Under the pieces are notes generated by a model. That model was given only the letters and a program-made list of their open reading frames with translations, searched no databases and was not told the DNA's origin. The translations under genes and the position numbers were made by a program. Positions 18,452 through 26,651 of a stretch of DNA of 53,213 nt are shown here, piece by piece. Source of the DNA: a virus. Its lineage: Duplodnaviria > Caudoviricetes. The stretch covers positions 1 through 53,213 of IMG/VR virus record IMGVR_UViG_3300012942_000008; one strand, given 5' to 3'. Numbering within the stretch: position 1 is the stretch's first letter; every line of letters begins with the position of its first letter.

Positions 18452-18882
18452 GCGTTGGCCTCACACGTCGAGGCGTTCCGGGCACTCAGAGTCTTGGCAC
18501 GCTGGCGGGAGATGACAGTCCCGCCATTCTGGCCGTTAGGGTGTTGCAAACTGCGTTTCCAGCCACCGACCATGCGGCCGAGCTCGACCTTCCTTCGGGA
18601 CAGGGCGCCGAGATGGTTGGAGCGGATCTGGCCCAAATCCCTGGCCGTCTGAAGGCCTTCGCCAAGATCATCCAATGTCCACGACAAATCGCTCACCCAC
18701 TTTGCCGCATTGGCCTTATCGCGCCAGGCACGATTGATGAGCGAAACCATTCTGTCGGCATGCCCGCAGATCGTACGGCCAAGCTCATGGCGATAATCGT
18801 GCGTGAAGCGACCCACTGTGCGGTGCACCTCTGCACGGAAAGAGCGAGCCTTCTTCATGATCGGTGGAATGGCTGGATTCAT
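18448..18882 (-). CDS. avd: DGR accessory variability determinant (four-helix bundle)
   Basis: Basic ~144-aa protein, F..DYRHELG and ELGRMVGGWKRS motifs; lies between VR1 and TR. Confidence 0.88.
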   Translation of the reverse strand: MNPAIPPIMKKARSFRAEVHRTVGRFTHDYRHELGRTICGHADRMVSLINRAWRDKANAAKWVSDLSWTLDDLGEGLQTARDLGQIRSNHLGALSRRKVELGRMVGGWKRSLQHPNGQNGGTVISRQRAKTLSARNASTCEANA

Positions 18883-18912
18883 GGCTGGATCAAAAGCGCC
18901 AAAAAGGCCCAA

Positions 18913-19395
18913 TCACCGCTGACTGGCGGGCAGCGGGCGGCACACGGCCAAGGCCCGGTTGCGGCTGCCGCGGTAGCCCCCGCCGACGGCGCCCGCGTCG
19001 AAACTGACGCACCACGCGTCGTCGGCAGGCGACGACGCGTCAGTATCCTTGAGCCAGCACCATTCCGATTTGATGCCCGGGTGTTTCGCAACATCGACCG
19101 CGGGATTGTGTTTGCTGTAATCGACCAGCAGGACGGCCTCGCGCGGCACAGCAAGATCCCACGGCGCGTGGCCAGGGACTTGTTCCAGCTTCGATACCGC
19201 GGACTGTGCTTCGTGATGCGAGACCTTGTCGGTTAGCGTGTAGAGCAGGTCGGTGCCGTGGATGCGGTGCACGCCATCGGGTAGGCGCTTGCCGGCAATC
19301 ACGTCCAGTTTGTCGGAGAGCGCCTTGGCGATGGCTTCCACTGCCGTGCCTGGGTTGTCAATGGTGACGCTCAGATTGATCGTTTGTTGCGTCAT
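18913..19395 (-). CDS. DGR target 1, small Lcl/DUF1566-like CLec-fold protein
   Basis: WDLAVPREAVLLVDYSKHNPAVD...W...AWCVSF..G.V; C-terminal VR. Confidence 0.85.
   Translation of the reverse strand: MTQQTINLSVTIDNPGTAVEAIAKALSDKLDVIAGKRLPDGVHRIHGTDLLYTLTDKVSHHEAQSAVSKLEQVPGHAPWDLAVPREAVLLVDYSKHNPAVDVAKHPGIKSEWCWLKDTDASSPADDAWCVSFDAGAVGGGYRGSRNRALAVCRPLPASQR
18922..19038 (-). repeat. Variable repeat VR1
   Basis: 16 mismatches to TR, all at TR adenines. Confidence 0.95.
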
Positions 19396-19428
19396 GGAAA
19401 TCTCCAGTGAGGTAGGGCGATCTTTCCG

Positions 19429-19839
19429 TCAGCGCGGACGCGGCGTGCCGGCGAGATCAGCTGCCGCGTCGGCGTCGGTAAGTAACTTTCGCGCCAGCTC
19501 GTCGCGCAGGCGGAAGCCGAGTAGCGGCCAGACCTTCTGGACTGCGTTCTGGCGAGCGATCTTCTGGCCGACCTCTGCGTTGAAGTTCGCCGGGGCGGCA
19601 CACGCCGATTCGCCGGTGACGGTGAAGCCATTGCGAAGCACTAGGACGCAGAACGTCAGGAGGTTGGCTTCGACGGGTACGTTCGGAGCCGCATCGGACG
19701 TGAGCTGCGCCTTCATGATTCCCTGTGCAGCCGTGAAGTAGTACTCGCCGACGATTTCCGCCTCGATATCAGTCGGTGTCACGCGCGGCGCGGTCAGCCC
19801 TTTGGCTTGGATTTCATTTTCAATCTGTTCGTCGGTCAT
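19429..19839 (-). CDS. Phage Gp49/Gp66-family protein
   Basis: APRVTP...LTFCVLVLRNGFTVTGESAC...NFNAEVGQKIA...VWPLLGF. Confidence 0.8.
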   Translation of the reverse strand: MTDEQIENEIQAKGLTAPRVTPTDIEAEIVGEYYFTAAQGIMKAQLTSDAAPNVPVEANLLTFCVLVLRNGFTVTGESACAAPANFNAEVGQKIARQNAVQKVWPLLGFRLRDELARKLLTDADAAADLAGTPRPR

Positions 19840-19942
19840 GGAAGGTCTCGAATTGGGAGGGCTGCCGGTTACGGATCCGGCGCTGATGTCTCTGTGCTAC
19901 AAGTCGCACCAACAGAGCAGCCGTCGCCACTGGGTCATGCAA

Positions 19943-20752
19943 TCAGGGGGTGAAATTGCCGATGTGGAGCGTGGCCGCGTCGCCGATCTGGTTCGTGAGC
20001 ACCTTGCGGAACTCGTCGGCGATAGCTTCGATGGCCGACTCCAGGCCGATGGGGCGGAGTACCAGCTGCGGCTTGTCGCCTCCAGTAAGCACTGACAGGC
20101 GCAAGGTGAACGTACGCTGCGACAACCCCGTGTAGGGCGTCACGATGTAGCTCAGCGCGTAGGGAATGCCTTCGTCGGCAGACGCCTCGATATCCTCGAT
20201 CGCGGAACGGCGTGCGCCGAAGTCCTTGTCCTGGTGCGTGGCCTCGGACGTTGCCTTGATCGTGAGCTTGCGAATGGCCGCAATGGCCTTCGCCATCGTG
20301 ATGACGGATCCGTCCTTCTGGATCGCGCTGACGTTGCTGGACCAGTCCTCGATCCATTCGACCAAGGCGCGCTGGTCCAGGCGCTTGCCGTTCACGCCGA
20401 GCATGGCGGCATATTCCGGTGTCGGCTTGAGTTGCAGGGCGGCCGTCCAGTCGCCATGGCCCGGCGTGCCGGCATCCCCAAGATTGAAGAACACCTCGGC
20501 CGACATCCTCTCGGCATTGACGAAGCCAGCAGCGGGAACATTATCGTCGGCGTTGCCTTTCACGTATTCGGCGAAAGACTCCAACGAGTCGCTGGTGTAA
20601 CTGCCGCGGAAGCGGGAGCGGCCCTGATTGAGGGCTTCGAGCGAGATGATGTGGCCATTGTGGAAAATGGCTGGCGTAGGGGTGGCCAGCTTGTTCAGGC
20701 CGGCTGCGTCGACGGCAAGTTTGCCGATCGCGTCAACTGCGGAAGAATCCAT
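19943..20752 (-). CDS. DUF2303 (YfdQ-like) protein
   Basis: RSRFRGSY, PGHGD, Q..LVEWIEDW, PYTGL..R.F.LRL motifs. Confidence 0.8.
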   Translation of the reverse strand: MDSSAVDAIGKLAVDAAGLNKLATPTPAIFHNGHIISLEALNQGRSRFRGSYTSDSLESFAEYVKGNADDNVPAAGFVNAERMSAEVFFNLGDAGTPGHGDWTAALQLKPTPEYAAMLGVNGKRLDQRALVEWIEDWSSNVSAIQKDGSVITMAKAIAAIRKLTIKATSEATHQDKDFGARRSAIEDIEASADEGIPYALSYIVTPYTGLSQRTFTLRLSVLTGGDKPQLVLRPIGLESAIEAIADEFRKVLTNQIGDAATLHIGNFTP

Positions 20753-20927
20753 GATGTGTTCCTTGTTGCGTGGATGAAGTGGTGGCAGTGGCTGGCGCTA
20801 ATCTCCAGCTTATTGAGGCGTGTTGTTCGGCGATTACGATGTTTCTACCGGCCTCGAACCGTCTATGTTTCTCGCCGCACGTTGCGCAGTGAGCCCATCA
20901 GCCTGCGCATTCACTGCCATAGGGGAA

Positions 20928-21308
20928 TCAGTGGGTGGCGTCGGCGCGAGTGCCCGTGTCAGCACCCCGCTTCGGGAACATCTCGGTCTGCTCCTCGGGA
21001 TACAGCGACAACTTGCCGCCGCGGCCGACGTGCAGCGGGGTATCGGTCGCCGATTCCTCGATGATCCGGCCGCGCGCCATCGGCACCACGGACTTGAGCG
21101 AATGCGTCATGGCGACTTGGCTGGAATCGCCGATCTGCTTGAGCGTGAACTTCACAGTCAGCTCGCCCTTCTTGCCGTGCGTGCAGACGTTGGCGGCGAT
21201 ATCGCTGATCGCCGAGCTGATCTGCTGTTCGAACACGCCGGCATTCAGGTCGCCGAGCAATGCGGGAAAGTCGGTACGTCCGGTGGGATTCGGGGTGTTG
21301 GTGTCCAT
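20928..21308 (-). CDS. YfdP-like protein (usual DUF2303 partner)
   Basis: GGAGGA RBS; LNAGVFEQ...KKGELTVKF...TPLHVGRGGKLS. Confidence 0.7.
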   Translation of the reverse strand: MDTNTPNPTGRTDFPALLGDLNAGVFEQQISSAISDIAANVCTHGKKGELTVKFTLKQIGDSSQVAMTHSLKSVVPMARGRIIEESATDTPLHVGRGGKLSLYPEEQTEMFPKRGADTGTRADATH

Positions 21309-21323
21309 GTGGTCCTCCATTGG

Positions 21324-21659
21324 TCAGGTTGGCCACCAGGTCAGCGCCTGGCGTCCGGTGATGGAACAGGTGCGTGCATCGCCCTTGTGCACTGCGCCGC
21401 CGGTGATGCATTCCGGCAGGCGTCGAGCGAGCATGTAGCGGTCCAGGTCGGTTTTCAGGGCCAGCTCGAAGCTGGTCTGGCCCGGGAAGGCGCGTACAGC
21501 AGCAATGGCTTGGGCCTGTTGCTGTCCGCGCGTGCCGTCGGTGGTGATCTGCTCGGCGGCAAGGTGTGAGGTGTGTGGATCGGTCCGGCGTGCGGCTGGC
21601 GTCTCCACGCGACGGCACGGCGTGGAGAAGTTGAAGTCCAGTTGAGCGGCGCCGGCCAT
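21324..21659 (-). CDS. Winged-HTH hypothetical protein
   Basis: ARRTDPHTSHLAA, PGQTSFELA, RRLPE. Confidence 0.6.
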   Translation of the reverse strand: MAGAAQLDFNFSTPCRRVETPAARRTDPHTSHLAAEQITTDGTRGQQQAQAIAAVRAFPGQTSFELALKTDLDRYMLARRLPECITGGAVHKGDARTCSITGRQALTWWPT

Positions 21660-21661
21660 GA

Positions 21662-23371
21662 TTAGCTCGCCTTCTGCGCCTGGAACTGCAAGTTTTCGGC
21701 CGCAGCAGCGATGACATCAGCCATTGCGCGATAGATCGCTGGCAAGTCGTAGCAGCCGTACAATTTCGCAGCACGCTCTTGCCCTACAGGGGCGAATCCA
21801 AGCTCGGCGAGACCGCCAGCGGTGATTGAAAGCGGGCCGATGCTGGCATTGATGTCGCCGAGCTTGATGCGTTCGGTGGAGCTCCCGGCCGGAGTCGAGC
21901 CGGCGACTGTCTGCTTGGAGAGCAGTTGCTCTACCGGCTGAGCTACGGACGCAGGTGCCGGTTGATCGATCGCAGTCGTAGTGACCTCATGCGCAGCCTG
22001 CTCGCGCTGCAGCTTGGCCGCTTCCTCGGCACGAATGCGCTCGCGCTCGTCTTCCTGACGCTGCGCTTCGCGCTGTTCGTATTCGACGATACGGGCAGAT
22101 GCCAAGTTGCGAAGGTCGTCCGGTGCTTTGCTGGCGCAGAGCTGCACGCGATCGGCGAACAGGTGGGCATGCTGTTGGTGCTCGGCCAGGACCGCTACGT
22201 TGGCCCGAACGCGGTCAGCCTGCTGGCTGGCGTCGATCTTGGCTGATGCGACGGCAGTGCCGACGGCGTCGCGAATGCTGGCGAGAGTTTTCTTGCCCTT
22301 GATCGCCTCGCCGATCTGAGCGTTCAGGGCGGCCGGTAGCGTCAGAGCATGCTCGCCAAGCGACGTATTGATGGCCGCGTAGTGATCGCGCACTTCATCG
22401 GCGCCTGCGGCAACGACGTCCGCTCGACGTCGCTCTTTCTCGACCTTGACCACCCGATCCAGGGCCAAGCGCGCGGCCCTGATGGTGTCGTGCACGCTGT
22501 CCGCAGTGCGCATGACCGTCTCCACATCGGCCATCTGCGCCAGGGCTGCATCCTTGGCCGCCTTGATCCGGCCCTCTGCCTCGGTGCAAGCCTTGACCGC
22601 GGCCTCGGCGTCAGCGAAGTCCTGGTCGGTCTGAAGTTCGGCCGGCTTCGGAAGCCGTGCGATGAATGCCTCGGCGCCGGCCTTGAATGCGTCCAGGTTG
22701 GATGCCAATACACGGCCCTCTACGCGCAGGGAGAGCGTGCCAAAACCTTCGATAGGGGAGGCCACTAGGGGCGCAGCGATCGTCTCGGGGATATAAGCAA
22801 CGACGTCTGCCGAAAGCTGTGCCCAGCCCACGATGATGCGCTCGCGTAGTGCGAGGTCGGGCGTATACCAGCAATGGCGTTCCTCGGCTAGCTGGTCACC
22901 TTCCCACCTTGATGCCATGAACAGCACGCGCTCAGCGCCGGAAACCATGCACTGATGCTCCATCTGCGCGCGATAGTGGTCTGGCAGGTGCGAGCCGTCA
23001 TCCAGCCACACAAGGCTTCGTAGATCGGCATTGAGCGTCTTGTGCTCGAACGCGATCTCCCAGAGCATCGTAAGACCGTCGAAGCTGGCCGAGAACTTGC
23101 CGTCCTCGCCGACGCACGGGAACAGTTCCTCGCCGACCAGACCCTCGGCCATCGGTCGCGCCAGCGCTTCATAACGGTGGCCGTCATCGAATCTGCGCTG
23201 CGTGGCTGCGTCCACCTCGGTATGGACGCCGGTTGCCAGCTCGCGGATCAGCTGATCGCGGCTCTTGTAGGGCGAGACGCCGAGCATGGCCGGTGCGTCA
23301 CTGGCGTTGAAGTGCGTGGCACGGTGCTGGTGCCACGCGGGAGTGCCTTGAATGAGATTCAGGATCTTCAT
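21662..23371 (-). CDS. YqaJ/lambda-exonuclease-family nuclease with coiled-coil C-terminus
   Basis: QGTPAWHQHR, ASDAPAMLG.SPYK, ASFDG, FEHK, Y.AQ. Confidence 0.88.
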   Translation of the reverse strand: MKILNLIQGTPAWHQHRATHFNASDAPAMLGVSPYKSRDQLIRELATGVHTEVDAATQRRFDDGHRYEALARPMAEGLVGEELFPCVGEDGKFSASFDGLTMLWEIAFEHKTLNADLRSLVWLDDGSHLPDHYRAQMEHQCMVSGAERVLFMASRWEGDQLAEERHCWYTPDLALRERIIVGWAQLSADVVAYIPETIAAPLVASPIEGFGTLSLRVEGRVLASNLDAFKAGAEAFIARLPKPAELQTDQDFADAEAAVKACTEAEGRIKAAKDAALAQMADVETVMRTADSVHDTIRAARLALDRVVKVEKERRRADVVAAGADEVRDHYAAINTSLGEHALTLPAALNAQIGEAIKGKKTLASIRDAVGTAVASAKIDASQQADRVRANVAVLAEHQQHAHLFADRVQLCASKAPDDLRNLASARIVEYEQREAQRQEDERERIRAEEAAKLQREQAAHEVTTTAIDQPAPASVAQPVEQLLSKQTVAGSTPAGSSTERIKLGDINASIGPLSITAGGLAELGFAPVGQERAAKLYGCYDLPAIYRAMADVIAAAAENLQFQAQKAS

Positions 23372-24138
23372 TCCGACACCTCGCCGTCCGAAATTTCGCA
23401 CGACCGGATAGCGTTCTTTTGCTCGACGGTGAGCGCGCCCTTGGTTTCTGCCATGGCGATGATATCGGCAGCGCTACGACGGCCGGATTCGATCACTTTG
23501 CGCCAGGTCGGCAGGTTACGGTTGAAGTCTTCGACCGGGTATTCAGTGGGCTGCGCATGCTCTACGACACTGGCGGTCGCACGTGCCGGCTCCGGGTCTT
23601 CCATCTCGTCCGGCGTGTAGACGCCCAGCATCGCGGCAGGGGCCCAACGCCTCGCCCACTGGCGCGTGCCTCGGTAGGCGAGCATGTCGTCCGGACTCTT
23701 CTTCCAGTTGTCGTTGCTGGTGGCCCACTGCTCGACGGTGCCATCAATTGACCGGGTCTTGCCGCTGCGAAGCGTTCCGGTGACGACGATCTTGCGGTGC
23801 TGGCCGGCGCCGGAGTATTCGAAGTCCAGCTCGTCCTGAATAGCGCCCATTGAGCGAAGCGCCGCGGAAACCAGCTTGCCCTCGTAGCAGAGCTTGCCGC
23901 GCACCACAGACGTGCACTGGGCTACGGATACCGGGTCCATGTTCCAGCGCTGGGCCTGCATGACGACAAGCAAGCAATCGCCCGGCTTGCCGCGCAAATG
24001 GTCGGGCAGCAGGTTGGCCTTGGACATGATGTCGGCGAGTTCCATGGCCTCGGACATCGAAGTCGGAACCAGTGCATTCATCCTTGCGCTGTTGGACATG
24101 CCAACAGCTTGCGGAGCCACTACGGCTACAGCGTTCAT
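23368..24138 (-). CDS. RecT-like single-strand annealing protein
   Basis: PDHLRGKPGDC, WKKSPDDML, LGVYTPDEM; coupled to the exonuclease. Confidence 0.8.
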   Translation of the reverse strand: MNAVAVVAPQAVGMSNSARMNALVPTSMSEAMELADIMSKANLLPDHLRGKPGDCLLVVMQAQRWNMDPVSVAQCTSVVRGKLCYEGKLVSAALRSMGAIQDELDFEYSGAGQHRKIVVTGTLRSGKTRSIDGTVEQWATSNDNWKKSPDDMLAYRGTRQWARRWAPAAMLGVYTPDEMEDPEPARATASVVEHAQPTEYPVEDFNRNLPTWRKVIESGRRSAADIIAMAETKGALTVEQKNAIRSCEISDGEVSE

Positions 24139-24202
24139 CGAATCTCCTGCCGGCTACCGGCCGGCGCGGTGCGGAATGGGGGAAAGCGCCAAAAAGGCCC
24201 AA

Positions 24203-24649
24203 TCACCGCTGACTGGCGGGCAGCGGGCGGCACACGGCCAAGGCCCGGTAGCGGTAGCCGCGGCCGTTCCTGAGGACGGCGCCCGAGCCGAAACCGACGC
24301 ACCACGCGTAGCCGGCAGGCGACGACGCATCAGGCGTGCGAGTCCAATGCCATTCCGGCTTGATGTGCGGGTACTGTTCGGGATCGGCCGCCGGACTGAA
24401 AAAGCGACGGTCGATGATCAACTCGGCGTCTTTGTCGCTCATCAGCTCCCACGGCGTGTAGCCAGGGATCTGCTCAAGCTTGGTGCAGGCCTTTTCGGCT
24501 CCCTCCTGCGTCAGATCCTTGTCACTGGCATAGGTAGTGACGACCTGGTCGCGCAGGTTGAGGATGCCGGCATAGTCGTTTGCGTCGCTGGAAAGGTGCG
24601 AGCCGTCGGCAGCAAGCTTGATGATGAGGATCTGCGGAGCATCGGACAT
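24203..24649 (-). CDS. DGR target 2, small Lcl/DUF1566-like protein
   Basis: AEKACTKL...WEL...LIIDRRFFSPAAD..YP.....WHWTRT; C-terminal VR. Confidence 0.85.
   Translation of the reverse strand: MSDAPQILIIKLAADGSHLSSDANDYAGILNLRDQVVTTYASDKDLTQEGAEKACTKLEQIPGYTPWELMSDKDAELIIDRRFFSPAADPEQYPHIKPEWHWTRTPDASSPAGYAWCVGFGSGAVLRNGRGYRYRALAVCRPLPASQR
24212..24328 (-). repeat. Variable repeat VR2
   Basis: 18 mismatches to TR, all at TR adenines. Confidence 0.95.
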
Positions 24650-24661
24650 GTGTCGGTTCCT

Positions 24662-25000
24662 TCAGCTGTGGAATTCGGGCACGCAGCCATCGCGTGTGGC
24701 GGCGGACTGTGCGATGTAGTCATTGCGGTTGCGCTCGCTGAGCACGTCGTAGGTGGCCAGCTGTGGTTCGGGCGCGGTGATCGTGCTTGCCGGAACGCGC
24801 CATTTCGCGTGCTCGACAATGCTCGGGTCGAGGTGAGGTTCGCCGGCCACGGCGCGATCCAGGGGTAGATCGGCACCGCACGGAGGGGCGGCGGCCGTGG
24901 CCGGCGAAGGGGGCGCGATGCCGAGGGCTCGTGCGAATTCAGCCAGCACGTCGCGCGCTTCGTCGTCGCTGTAAAAGACGAGATCGGAATAGCCGCACAT
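24662..25000 (-). CDS. Hypothetical protein
   Basis: ATG overlaps the upstream stop; operon packing. Confidence 0.45.
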   Translation of the reverse strand: MCGYSDLVFYSDDEARDVLAEFARALGIAPPSPATAAAPPCGADLPLDRAVAGEPHLDPSIVEHAKWRVPASTITAPEPQLATYDVLSERNRNDYIAQSAATRDGCVPEFHS

Positions 25001-25281
25001 TACGGGTACACCCCGAAGATCCAGGCGCGCAGGATCGTGGCGGCGAGATAGATGCCGCCCATGTAGAGCAGGATCGCGGCGCAGGCGTAGACGGGCCACG
25101 CCTTGTCGTCCATGCGCTCCATCCATGCGGTGGCGCGATCCAGCCACGCCAGAAACCGGAGGATCCAATTACGCGGCGGTTTGCGCGTGGCCTGGATGGG
25201 CGCGAGGCGCAGCGGTGAGCGTGCGCGCTGCCAGCGCAGGTACGCACGCTGTTCGGTGCGGAGCTTGCGGGGCGCATTCAT
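25000..25281 (-). CDS. Small membrane protein
   Basis: ATGA coupling; C-terminal TM segment. Confidence 0.5.
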   Translation of the reverse strand: MNAPRKLRTEQRAYLRWQRARSPLRLAPIQATRKPPRNWILRFLAWLDRATAWMERMDDKAWPVYACAAILLYMGGIYLAATILRAWIFGVYP

Positions 25282-25685
25282 GCCGCACCTTCCTGCCGCG
25301 CTGCCCACCGTGCTTCGGCGCGATCCTGATTAGCGCGCTCAACAGCTTCAGCCGCCTCTTCTTCGACGCGGTCATGGGCCAAATTGTCGATGTAGGTGCG
25401 AGCGGCTTTGCGCAGGATGCGTGCGAGTTCGGCATCGTCGGTGCCGTCGCGGAACAATGCGAGCACCCGGGCAGCTTGCGGATGATTGGTGCGAAGCGTC
25501 CGGTAGTAACCCACCGTGCTGACGGCATCGTCCAGTGCGTCGGTCAGGTGTTCCAGGTCTTGCCACATTTCGTCGGCGAGCTGGCTGGCACGTTCGTTGA
25601 TCTGGTCTTCGCGACCCGATGCGAGTCCTTGAATTTCAGCGTATTGCCGGGCGGCACGGCCGGCGTAGCAGGGGAGGGCGTTCAC
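25278..25685 (-). CDS. Hypothetical protein
   Basis: GTGA coupling, GGAGG RBS. Confidence 0.55.
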   Translation of the reverse strand: MNALPCYAGRAARQYAEIQGLASGREDQINERASQLADEMWQDLEHLTDALDDAVSTVGYYRTLRTNHPQAARVLALFRDGTDDAELARILRKAARTYIDNLAHDRVEEEAAEAVERANQDRAEARWAARQEGAA

Positions 25686-25879
25686 GGCTTCACCTCCACG
25701 CTCTCGTATGAGCGCGCCTGTACGACATCCATAGCATCGGCGGCGAACAGCACCAGTTCTTCGCGCCCCATCGTGACGGTCGCGTCGCCAATGTAGACAA
25801 GGAACTCTTTGCCCGGCGCATCCGATGGACTCGCGACAATGCGCGGCTTGCCAACGGTGACGGTGACGATGCTGGCCAT
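25682..25879 (-). CDS. Hypothetical protein
   Basis: ATG 25879 overlaps the upstream stop; GAGG RBS. Confidence 0.5.
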   Translation of the reverse strand: MASIVTVTVGKPRIVASPSDAPGKEFLVYIGDATVTMGREELVLFAADAMDVVQARSYESVEVKP

Positions 25880-26082
25880 CACGCCACCTCGCACAGCAGG
25901 CCAGTGGCGCGAGCCAGCCGGACCTGACGTTCGGACCAAAGCGTGCGTGCAGCCATGCGTGCGTTTGCTTCGGTGGTGTAGGTGGATGAAGTGCGAATCA
26001 GCGTTGCGTACGTCGTGCCGTCCAGCACCTCACCGCGATACGCGGCTCCGATGCGCTCGGCGTGATAGATGACTTGGTTCAT
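25879..26082 (-). CDS. Hypothetical protein
   Basis: ATG 26082 with GGAGG RBS. Confidence 0.55.
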   Translation of the reverse strand: MNQVIYHAERIGAAYRGEVLDGTTYATLIRTSSTYTTEANARMAARTLWSERQVRLARATGLLCEVA

Positions 26083-26118
26083 GCCTGGACCTCCCTGAAG
26101 AGCGCCAAAAAGGCCCAA

Positions 26119-26517
26119 TCACTGCTGACTGGCGGGCAGCGGGCGGCACACGGCCAAGGCCCGGCAGTGGCAGTCGCGGTAGCCCCCGCCGACGGTGCCC
26201 GAGCCGAAATTGACGCCCCACGCGCAGTCGGCAGGCGACGACGCATCTACCGGCTTGAGCCAGTACCAATACGAACCGATGCCGGGATGCTTCTTTGTGT
26301 TGACAGCGGGGCTGTAGCGGCTGTCGTCGATCAGCAGGACGGCCTCGCGCTTCTCCGCGAGGTCCCACTTGGCGTAGCCGGGCACCTTCGGCAGGCGCTT
26401 GGCCCACTTCCTGGCGTCTTCGTGGGGGAACTGCTCATCACCTGACGTGGTGTAGAGCAGGTCGGTGCCGGCGATACGGCAGACGTTCGCGGGCAGCTTC
26501 GGGGTCTTGGCGGACAT
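26119..26517 (-). CDS. DGR target 3, small Lcl/DUF1566-like protein; first gene after pL
   Basis: GGAGG RBS; WDLAEKREAVLLIDDSRYSPAVN...WYW; C-terminal VR. Confidence 0.85.
   Translation of the reverse strand: MSAKTPKLPANVCRIAGTDLLYTTSGDEQFPHEDARKWAKRLPKVPGYAKWDLAEKREAVLLIDDSRYSPAVNTKKHPGIGSYWYWLKPVDASSPADCAWGVNFGSGTVGGGYRDCHCRALAVCRPLPASQQ
26128..26244 (-). repeat. Variable repeat VR3
   Basis: 17 mismatches to TR, all at TR adenines. Confidence 0.95.
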
Positions 26518-26545
26518 GGGCACCTCCGTGGTGAGTTCGGAGGTG

Positions 26546-26586
26546 AAGGTAAATCTATGCTTGCCTTATGTCAAGCGATGATTGTC
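26546..26586 (-). promoter_or_regulatory. pL-like sigma70 promoter with two 17-bp operators
   Basis: TTGACA-17-TACCTT; operators GACAATC-ATC-GCTTGAC and GGCAAGC-ATA-GATTTAC match those at pR. Confidence 0.8.
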
Positions 26587-26605
26587 TAGGAATTATTCCT
26601 AGTGA

Positions 26606-26630
26606 CGAAGAACCCCGCCGAAGCGGGGTT
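26606..26630 (-). terminator. Terminator ending the cI-moron transcript
   Basis: AACCCCGC-TTCG-GCGGGGTT followed by CTTC. Confidence 0.6.
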
Positions 26631-26651
26631 TGAGGGCGCCTGGGCATCCTT

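Larger units (their letters stand above)
17105..19395 (-). mobile_element. Diversity-generating retroelement core cassette: target1(VR1)-avd-TR-RT
   Basis: All canonical components present, with A-specific TR/VR mismatches. Confidence 0.95.

Noticed and set aside
18883-18912. Shared MGLFGA N-termini of ORFs at 18912, 24202 and 26118
   Set aside because: Artefact of a TTG inside the conserved post-VR element; better starts lie downstream, or the ORF is a shadow.
18278-26244. CRISPR array formed by the four repeats
   Set aside because: The repeats are 117 bp, kilobases apart and coding; there are no spacers or cas genes.
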